Shown one piece after another: positions 46,622 through 64,000 of a stretch of 64,000 nt of DNA. The position numbers and the translations under genes are program-made. This DNA is from the human T2T-CHM13v2.0 reference genome, Homo sapiens. Every line of letters starts with the position of its first letter. The stretch's first letter is position 1. The notes under the pieces were generated by a model that made no database searches, had not been told where the DNA came from, and worked only from the letters and a program-made list of their open reading frames with translations. Where the stretch lies: NCBI RefSeq assembly GCF_009914755.1, contig NC_060943.1; one strand, 5' to 3'.

Positions 46622-47312
46622 TTTTATTTATTTATTTATTTATTTATTTATTATTATTATACTTTAAGTTTTAGGGTACATGTGCACAATGTGCAGGTTT
46701 GTTACATATGTATACATGTGCCATGTTGGTGTGCTGCACCCATTAACTCGTCATTTAGCATTAGGTATATCTCCTAATGCTATCCCTCCCCACTCCCCCC
46801 ACCCCACAACAGTCCCTGGAGTGTGATGTTCCCCTTCCTGTGTCCATGTGTTCTCATTGTTCAATTCCCACCTATGAGTGAGAACATGCAGCGTTTGGTT
46901 TTTTGTCCTTGCGATAGTTTGCTGAGAATGATGGTTTCCAGTTTCATCCATGTCCCTACAAAGGACATGAACTCATCCTTTTTTATGGCTGCATAGTATT
47001 CCATGGTGTATATGTGCCACATTTTCTTAATCCATCTATCGTTGTTGGACATTTGGGTTGGTTCCAAGTCTTTGCTATTGTGAATAGTGCCAGAATTAAC
47101 ATATGTGTGCATGTGTCTTTATAGCAGCATGATTTATAATCCTTTGGGTATATACCCAGTAATGGGATGGCTGGGTCAAATGGTATTTCTAGTTCTAGAT
47201 CCCTGAGGAATTGCCACACTGACTTCCACAATGGTTGAACTAGTTTACAGTCCCACCAACAGTGTAAAAGTGTTGCTATTTCTCCACATCCTCTCCAGCA
47301 CCTGTTGTTTCC
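46622..47312 (-). mobile_element. 5'-truncated L1PA 3' fragment (~690 bp)
   Basis: L1PA 3' UTR and ORF2 C-terminus ([23 protein letters not shown]); (TAAA)n tail. Confidence 0.93.
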
Positions 47313-47511
47313 TTTTTTTTTTTAACTTTAAAAAAATGTTAATAGAAAAAAAATGCCCAGATAAAGATACCGATCACAGTATCCACATCTATACAATGAT
47401 TGATCCAGCTGTGGCCCTCCCCTCTCACCCAGCCCCATGTGGCTTCCTTTGAAACTGCAGACTGGAGATGACAGTGGTGAATTCTAGTCCTACTCACTGG
47501 ATATCAGCATT

Positions 47512-53788
<6,277 letters not shown>

Positions 53789-54094
53789 TCAAAACTTTTA
53801 AAGTAAATATTCTATGACTTTGCAGTTGCTACTTCTTGGCCATGAGCTCTGTAAAAGGATCTTTGTAGTATTGGTTATAAGTAAAAATCTGTAATTAATT
53901 GTACATTATTTGGATTGGTTAGAGATAAATCTTCAGTTCCAAGGAATCCTGTTGTATGTAGTCACAAAATAGGACAAAAGAGATGATAAAGATATGCGTT
54001 GTTCGAGTTTATTGAGCATGTATGGTGTGCTAGGCACTTCTAAGTGCTTGACATATATTCATTCATCTGATCCTTTCAAACACTTTATGATCTA

Positions 54095-54535
<441 letters not shown>

Positions 54536-54809
54536 TCATACACCTTATAATTTAGATACAATGATAAAGAAGAGGAAATTCAGTTAGTGAGAGATTAAGG
54601 AATTTGCCCAAGGTCCTATAACTAGTAAAAGGCAAAACCTTGAAATTTGAACCTGGCCAGACTCCAGAGCCAGTGCTTTAAATTAAGCAGCTGTGCATCC
54701 TGTAGTAGGTGGATGTGACATGTGCCTTGAAAGCACAGGAAGAGCTATATACCTGTCCAGGGGGTTGCTGAAGGCCTGTGAACTTTGCAAACGTTAAAAA
54801 CAATGATAG

Positions 54810-55111
<302 letters not shown>

Positions 55112-55308
55112 ACAGTGATAAACTACAGGCTTTATGGGGATGAGCGTAGGAGATAGTGAGACAGGGAAAACTGTAACAGCTGAAAATTGACTGAGATCTC
55201 TTGGAATCTATAACAACTTTTTTGTGGTGCTCTTTTCCTTCTTGATGCCACCCTTCTTCTAGTGAAGGTTGGTTGTAAGATTGAGGTTACATGTGTTTGA
55301 TATTGTAG

Positions 55309-55518
<210 letters not shown>

Positions 55519-55624
55519 TAAAATGGTTCTTTGCTCTTGAAGACAAAAGGTTTTCTAATCCCTGGGAAAACAGGATAGGTTTTTCTGGTCTTTCTGCTCA
55601 GGCAAAATTCTGTCCTTTTAAATT

Positions 55625-55830
55625 GCTGGTTCTCAACCATGGGTGATTTCGCCCCCAGAAGATATTTGGCAATGTCTGGAAATGGTTGTCACACCTGACA
55701 GAGGGGTGCTATTGGCATTTTGTGGGTAGTATCCAGGAATTCTGCAAAATCTCCTACAGTGCACAGGACAGTGCCCCCAACAGAGAATTGGCCAGTCCAA
55801 AATAGTAGTGCTGCAGTTGCAAAACCCTGT
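55625..55830. mobile_element. MER20 MITE
   Basis: ggttctcaacc...atttggcaatgtctgga...cctacagtgcacaggacag. Confidence 0.8.
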
Positions 55831-56185
55831 TTTAAATGAACCGTAAATGGACACATTAGCTTCTATGCTTTATCTTTCAAATACGTTGTCTTTCAAATGA
55901 AACCCATCAATGCATTAACTTAGTGCACTGTACTGGCTTTTTTTTCAATGAAATAAAACAGATAAGGATAGAAAATATCAGAGCTTCTTATCAGGAACTG
56001 CTCACATTGCAACAAAAACTGACAATTTTCAGTGAATGGTGTGAGATACAGCATTGCAAATGTGATGAAAACAGACATTAGCCAAGTATAACTTGAGAGA
56101 GAGATATATTATATATATATGAACTAGGCTACAACCTAAATTTCTTATTATAGTTCATGATCTTAAAACATCTTAAAATAAATCA

Positions 56186-56548
<363 letters not shown>

Positions 56549-56595
56549 TTAGTTGTGTGTTCATCTTAAATACATAAAAATCTACATTTTCATAG

Positions 56596-56679
56596 GGCAT
56601 CTTCCCTTCCAACCAGATATGGTATCCCAATTGGAAGCAGAAGAAAAGCTTTGGATGATGGAAACAGAAACCCAAAGAA
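56596..56679 (+). CDS. ZNF227: ZNF227 KRAB-B exon (GHLPFQPDMVSQLEAEEKLWMMETETQR); alternative in-frame donor at 56691
   Basis: Acceptor ttttcatag|; donor A|GTAGGT at 56679; spliced CDS 60+127+84+2129 = 2400 nt = 799 aa. Confidence 0.88.
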
Positions 56680-56739
56680 GTAGGTATTCTGGTGAGAACC
56701 CTGTGTCTGTTCTTTCAGGTACTGGTTAGTCTGCATCTT

Positions 56740-57600
56740 ACCATGTCCATGACCTCCCTGGTCTGAGTGTTAAAATCTTTCACCTGGATTATAACAATAG
56801 CTTCCATGCTGGTCTCCCCACCTCCTCCCTTGTGCTCCTATAATCTGCTTTCTAAATGGTAGCCGGAGTGGTTCTTTTTTTAATCTTTATTTTTTTGAGA
56901 CAGGGTCTCACCCTGTCACCCAGGCTGGAGTGCAGCAGCATGATTGTAGCTCACTGCAGCCTCAACCTCCTGATTTCAAGTGGTCCTCCCACCTCAGCCT
57001 CCTAAGTAGCTAGGACTATAGGTATATATCATGATACCTGGCTAATTTTTTATTTTTTGTAGAGATGAGGTCTTGCTGTGTTGCCCAGGCTGGTCTCAAA
57101 CTCCTGGACTCAAGCAGTCTTCCCACCTCGGCCTCCCAAAGTGCTGGGATTACAGATGTGAGTTGCCGCACCCGGCCCAGAATGGTTCTTTAAAGAACAC
57201 ATGAGATGATGTTATTCCTCTGCTCAGAAGCCTTCACAACCTTCCCATTTCACTCAAAGTCCTTGTACTGAACTGCAAGACCCTACCTGGTCTCATCTCA
57301 CCAAGTTTCTCTTTGATCTCCCATTCCTTTCCCTTTGCTTAGATCATTTCAGCCATGCTGGCCGCCGTTGGAGTATTTGTTAAGCATACCAAGTTCCCTT
57401 CTCTTCCATGGCTTCTAATTAGCTCTCCTCATTGCCTTGGTGGAGAGGCTCCCCAGCACCTTACTTACTGCACTCAGGTCATTCCTCAAATGTTATATCA
57501 TTAGAGAGGCCTTCTATGTTTAAATTTACCATTTTAATTTAAAATACCATCTTCCTTCCATTTTCCATCCCCTTACCTTTCCTTTCTCTCCTTCTTTGCT
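56740..57600 (+). mobile_element. L2 fragment interrupted by an AluJ (56875-57177, minus)
   Basis: tttcacctggattataacaatagcttcc...gatgatgttattcctctgctcagaagccttc is L2-like. Confidence 0.65.
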
Positions 57601-57652
57601 TTCTCTTGAATTTGCATATTCCTCAGGTCTATTGACTTAAAAATTAAAAGTA

Positions 57653-57772
57653 AGCTGGGTATGGTGGTACATACCTGTAATCCTGGCTACATGGGAGGCT
57701 GAAGTGAGAGGATCACTTGAGCTGAAGAGTTCCAGACCAACCTGGGCAACATAGTGAGACTCCATCTCTACA

Positions 57773-57812
<40 letters not shown>

Positions 57813-57925
57813 TATCTTAGCCAGGCATGTTAGCATACATCTGTAGTCCCAGCTACTTGGGAGGAGCATCAAGTGAGCCCAGGAATTTGAGACCAACCTG
57901 GACAACATAGTGAGACCTTGTCTCC
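57653..57925 (+). mobile_element. Old Alu with a central A17(TA)n expansion
   Basis: Alu arms around aaaa...tatatata at 57772-57815. Confidence 0.8.
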
Positions 57926-57975
57926 CACACACACAAAATTAAAAGTAAAAATTAGATATTCCTAGATGATGTGAA

Positions 57976-58491
<516 letters not shown>

Positions 58492-59094
58492 AAAGGGTTT
58501 GTTTTTATAAGAATTCTTAACAAAAAACTTACAGAGAATGGAGACAAGTAGATATCACATCCCTTTTACTCAGAGTTAGCTCATAGATTGAGAGCACACC
58601 AGTGTGATTAATTATTTGGGAACACTGTCTTCTAGTGAATGTCTAACATAATTAGTAATTTCTAAGACATTTTTGGACATGTAAATATTCAAACCTACTA
58701 ACCTTAGAAGATAAAAGCTATTCACAGTTGTTGGAATGTAGAACTTCACTATCAAAAATTATCAGTGGCAATATGGCAGGTATTATAGTTCATCAGTTTC
58801 CCTGTATCAATTTCAAGTTGGCTTTACTCATTGGTGAAAACTGCCTTATCCATACAGCTGACTTCCCACTTTCCCATTTCCCCTTCCCTCTAATACCAAA
58901 ACAGTTATATAACCTACATACAGTAGTTCTTTAGCAGTTTTGAATTGGACATTTCCAGAAGTCCAGAGGCACTGACATACCTGTGGAGTTGAGGTGAGTC
59001 CTGATTAGGCAAAGAAAATTCCAGAATTTCTAAATTGGGTTTCCAGTGTAATTTGCATCCACATGTATTAATCTTAGCTTCTAGCACCAGCAAT

Positions 59095-59410
59095 GTGAGA
59101 AGCACTTTACATGTTGCAGTGACTTCTGACACCAAACACCTGAAGTTAGGCCGGACTTTCAGAGTAAGGGCATAGTTTTCCACAAGACTGCTCTCTATAT
59201 CGCTCTAAGTTTATATATCGCTCTAAGTTTAGGGATTCCCAGATAATTTTGCTCACCTCTGACCAAGTAGCTACAAATTTGGGAGTTCCCGTGATAATTT
59301 GTTAGAATGACTGACAGAACTCGGGAAGGTGCTGGACTTACAGTTTTATTATAGCAAAAAAGATACATGTTGGAAGCAGCAAAAGGGAGAGATATATAGG
59401 GTGAAATCTG
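59095..59410. mobile_element. MER21-like LTR fragment
   Basis: gacttctgacacc...cacaagactg...gataatttgttagaatgactgacagaactc. Confidence 0.6.
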
Positions 59411-59525
59411 GGTGGCTTCCCTCTTTCTTCCCTTTTGTAAGGACTTGTGATTACTTTAGGCTCATTGGATAATCTAGGATAATCTCCTTAAGAGCTTTCA
59501 TTTAATCATATCTATAAATTGCTTG

Positions 59526-59831
59526 TTTTTTTGTTTTTTTTTTTTGTAGACGGAGTCATGCTCCGTCGTCCAGGCTAAAGTGCAGTGGTGCAATCTTGGC
59601 TCACTGCAACCTCTGCCTTCTGGGATCAAGCGATTCTCATATCTCAGCTTCCCTAGTAGCTTACAGGTGCCTGCCACCATGCCAGGCTAATTGTTTTTTT
59701 AGTTTTTTAGCGGAGACGGGGTTTCACCATGTTGTGGGCCAGGCTGGTCTCGAACTCCTGACCTCAAGTGATCCACCTGCCTCGGCCTCACAAAGTGCTG
59801 GGATTACAGGTGTGAGCCACTGTGCCTGGCC
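59526..59831 (-). mobile_element. Alu inserted in an MLT1-like fragment
   Basis: Alu dimer; TSD-like t(a/g)taaatt. Confidence 0.88.
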
Positions 59832-60475
59832 TGTAAATTCCTTTTTGCCATGTACATTAACTATTCACAGGTTTGAGAGTTCAGGCTGTGGACATCTCTT
59901 GGGGGTGGGGTGTCATTACTCAGCCTGCCATATCCAGAAATGTGTAGACACCTGTTGCTATTTTTTTTTCAGTTTGTATTATTAGAATGTAACATTTCAT
60001 TTAGGCAAATTATTTGATTAGGACTTGGTAAACCACCCCCTAAACATTTTAAGCCAAGGTCTTTCATACGTTTCTAACCATGACCCTCAACATAAGTATA
60101 ATTTTACATCTTGACTAAGCATAAATATGTTTATATTTATGTGTATATTTACCAACTAAAACAAGTATTTCCTATAGTAGTACTCTTATTGCTTTTAATA
60201 CACTAAGCATGTCTTATTCTGTTTTTTGTTTTTTTGTCAGTCACAAGTTACATACTTGGTTTCATGGTGCACTAATGCATTGCAACAATTTGAAAACCCT
60301 TGTTAACAGTGGGGATAAAGCAATGAAGAAAACAAAATGCGTGTTTTTTTCATGACCGTTACATTCTACTGGGTCTAAAGAGACAAAGGAAAGTATATAG
60401 TAAATCAAATAATAAGTACTGTGGGGAAAAGTCAAGCAGGGTAATTGAACTGGAAAGAGTCGAAGGTGTATGGCA

Positions 60476-60767
60476 GGCCGGGCGTGGTGGTTCAGCCTGT
60501 AATCCCAGCACTCTGGGAGGCCGAGGTGGGCAGATTACTTGAGGTCGGGAGTTCGAGACCAGCCTGGCCAACATGGCAAAACCCCATCTCTACTAAAAAT
60601 ACAAAAATTGGCTGAGTGTAGTGGCATGCGCCAGTAATCCCCGCTACCCGGGAGGCTGAGGAGGAGAATCTCTTGAACCCAGGAGGTGGAGGTTGCAGTG
60701 AGCTGAAATCACACCACTGCACTCCAGCCTGGGCGACAGAGCGAGACGCTGTTTTTTAAAAAAAAAA
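60476..60767 (+). mobile_element. Alu (AluS)
   Basis: Alu dimer. Confidence 0.92.
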
Positions 60768-61562
60768 TGGCGTATGGTGGTACCGTTGATTTATTTTTAC
60801 ATCGTGTGTTATGGAAGGCATCACAGATAAAGTAACATGTAACATGTGAGCAGAGACCTGAAGGGAGCGAGAGAACAAGCAAGGCTCCCTGCTTTCTGGG
60901 AGGAAGTTTCCAAGCTGAACATACCTCTCCCTCTCTTCGTCTTCTGTGTTGGCTTTGAGAGTTTGCACTATGCTCTATTTCCTCTCCGAAGTTCTCTCCT
61001 AGTTATACAAGATTAGCTTTCCCTTTTCCACTTGTCCAGAGACCTGGATTTCTACCAGGTTTTAGAACAATCATATTATTCCAACTGCCTTCCCAAATCT
61101 GTTGGAGAATAATTTCTATCAGGATCTAAAATAGTATTTCATGCCTACAGTCTGAACTTTTCTTAACCTAACTAGTTATTAGAATCCCGCTTGTCATAAG
61201 CCTACTGAGGAAGAGGTGAGTAGGCTGTTCATTGATGTTATTGTAGGTTGGAATATGGATTTTCTTTTTGTTGCCCTGCAGCTACCTGATTTTAGCTTTT
61301 AGCTCTCATATTAAACTGTTAGACTTACGGTTCTACATGGATCATGTTTATACTTAGTGAATGGGAGCCTGTTGACCCCACTCTTCGTTTACACCTGTAT
61401 GAAAAACATGTCAAAAGAATACACGATGCTGTAAGGACAAGGTCACCTTTCGCCTGGTTTATCAAGGCTTTCTCCCATGGCCTAAGTGTGAAATTCTGAT
61501 ATTTCTGAAGAAAGCATTTACTGCCCTCATCTCTAAATATTGCCTTTTTTCTTTTTTAATAG

Positions 61563-63691
61563 GCAGCAAGCATCAAAATAAGATGGAAACACTCCAAAAA
61601 TTTGCATTAAAATACCTTTCAAATCAAGAGCTGTCCTGCTGGCAAATCTGGAAACAGGTTGCAAGTGAATTAACCAGGTGTCTTCAGGGGAAGAGTTCCC
61701 AGTTATTACAAGGTGACTCTATTCAGGTTTCTGAAAATGAGAACAATATAATGAACCCTAAAGGAGATAGCTCTATTTATATTGAAAATCAAGAGTTTCC
61801 ATTTTGGAGAACCCAGCATTCTTGCGGGAATACATATCTGAGTGAGTCACAGATTCAGAGTAGAGGTAAGCAAATTGATGTGAAAAATAACCTGCAAATA
61901 CATGAAGACTTCATGAAGAAATCACCATTTCATGAGCATATTAAAACTGACACAGAACCAAAACCCTGCAAAGGTAATGAATATGGCAAAATCATTAGTG
62001 ATGGCTCCAATCAGAAATTACCCTTAGGAGAGAAACCCCATCCATGTGGTGAGTGTGGAAGGGGCTTCAGTTATAGCCCAAGGCTTCCCCTTCATCCGAA
62101 TGTTCATACAGGAGAAAAATGCTTCAGTCAAAGCTCACATCTGCGAACTCATCAGAGAATTCACCCAGGAGAGAAACTCAATAGATGTCATGAATCTGGT
62201 GATTGCTTCAATAAGAGCTCTTTTCATTCTTATCAATCTAATCATACAGGAGAGAAGTCTTATAGATGCGACAGTTGCGGCAAGGGATTCAGTAGCAGCA
62301 CGGGTCTTATCATTCATTACAGAACTCATACTGGAGAGAAACCCTATAAATGCGAGGAATGTGGTAAATGCTTTAGTCAAAGTTCAAATTTTCAGTGCCA
62401 TCAGAGAGTCCACACTGAAGAAAAACCATACAAATGCGAAGAGTGTGGTAAGGGCTTCGGTTGGAGTGTTAATCTCCGTGTTCACCAGAGGGTCCACAGG
62501 GGTGAGAAGCCCTATAAATGTGAGGAATGTGGTAAGGGCTTCACTCAGGCTGCACATTTTCACATCCATCAGAGAGTCCACACTGGAGAGAAACCCTACA
62601 AGTGTGATGTGTGTGGTAAGGGCTTCAGCCACAATTCACCATTAATATGCCATCGGAGAGTCCACACAGGAGAGAAGCCATACAAGTGTGAGGCGTGTGG
62701 GAAAGGCTTTACCCGTAATACAGATCTGCATATTCATTTCAGAGTTCACACGGGAGAGAAACCCTATAAATGTAAGGAGTGTGGTAAGGGCTTCAGTCAG
62801 GCTTCAAATCTTCAAGTCCATCAGAATGTCCACACTGGGGAGAAACGATTCAAGTGTGAAACGTGTGGGAAGGGCTTCAGTCAGTCCTCAAAGCTTCAAA
62901 CCCATCAGCGAGTCCACACTGGAGAGAAACCATATAGATGTGATGTGTGTGGTAAGGACTTCAGTTATAGTTCAAATCTTAAACTACACCAAGTAATTCA
63001 CACTGGAGAAAAACCATATAAATGTGAGGAATGTGGGAAGGGCTTCAGTTGGAGATCAAATCTTCATGCACATCAAAGAGTTCACTCAGGAGAAAAACCC
63101 TATAAATGTGAGCAGTGTGATAAGAGCTTCAGTCAGGCCATAGATTTTCGGGTACATCAGAGAGTCCATACTGGAGAGAAGCCATACAAATGTGGTGTCT
63201 GTGGTAAGGGCTTCAGTCAGTCCTCTGGTCTTCAATCCCATCAGAGAGTCCACACGGGGGAAAAGCCATACAAATGTGATGTGTGTGGAAAGGGCTTTAG
63301 ATACAGTTCGCAGTTTATATACCATCAGAGAGGCCACACTGGAGAAAAACCTTACAAATGTGAAGAGTGTGGGAAAGGCTTTGGTAGGAGCTTGAATCTT
63401 CGCCATCATCAGAGGGTCCACACGGGAGAGAAACCCCATATATGTGAGGAGTGTGGTAAGGCCTTCAGTCTCCCCTCAAATCTTCGAGTCCACCTGGGTG
63501 TTCACACCAGGGAAAAACTCTTTAAATGTGAAGAGTGTGGTAAAGGCTTCAGTCAGAGTGCACGTCTTGAAGCCCATCAGAGAGTCCACACTGGAGAAAA
63601 ACCATACAAATGTGACATATGTGATAAGGACTTCCGTCACCGTTCACGTCTTACATATCATCAGAAAGTCCATACTGGTAAAAAGCTTTAG
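61563..63691 (+). CDS. ZNF227: ZNF227 final zinc-finger exon: spacer, 18 intact and 2 degenerate C2H2 fingers
   Basis: Acceptor cttttttaatag|GC at 61562/61563, in frame with ORF 61583-63691; [31 protein letters not shown]. Confidence 0.94.
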
Positions 63692-64000
63692 AAATGAGAA
63701 ATGTGTTACCAACTTTTGTCTGAATGCACATCTTCAAGTTTTTGGCTAGTCCATGCTGGTGGTAAACCCTGTAAAACTACTGAGAGTGGAAGGGGGTTTG
63801 TTCACACTTGGAATCTTTCTAACAAATCCATCAAGATGATAACACAGAACCATGAACAGGAATAGAACTCGTATTTAGGGGAGAAATAGGGCTGGTGGCT
63901 CTCTTGGTAAGATCTAGTTAATATAAATGATCACCTTTCATTGTGAATATATGCCTGAAGATAATGTGTGGAAGGATATTTGCCATATGCTAACTGGTTT

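Noticed and set aside
59196-59231. 18-bp tandem duplication tatatcgctctaagttta
   Set aside because: Local slippage inside an LTR fragment; no sign of function.

Overview
Primate (almost certainly human) genomic DNA from a KRAB C2H2 zinc-finger gene cluster; I recognise the two proteins as ZNF226 and ZNF227 (19q13.31). The window holds the 3' end of ZNF226: a short alternative terminal exon at 1842-~2110 and the zinc-finger exon at 2356-4532. It also holds essentially all of ZNF227: two CpG-rich ZNF143/ETS promoters at ~34.3 kb and ~39.3 kb, two 5' UTR exons, and four coding exons at 44656-63691 encoding 799 aa. Most of the rest is transposable elements: about 30 Alus, a fragmented ERVL provirus split by a nested L1 and an ERV1 provirus, a full-length SVA with an 18-bp TSD, DNA transposon MITEs, and a full-length inactive L1PA in ZNF227. 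I see no wholly new biological system. The most notable structures are (1) a 7.2-kb L1 insertion whose single TSD pair also encloses ~200 bp of foreign DNA and a second L1 fragment (a 3' transduction), (2) retention and partial duplication of the ZNF93-targeted 5' UTR segment in that L1, (3) a KRAB-only terminal exon of ZNF226, and (4) two promoters with the same motif grammar. Repeat boundaries and subfamily names were assigned by eye and are approximate.
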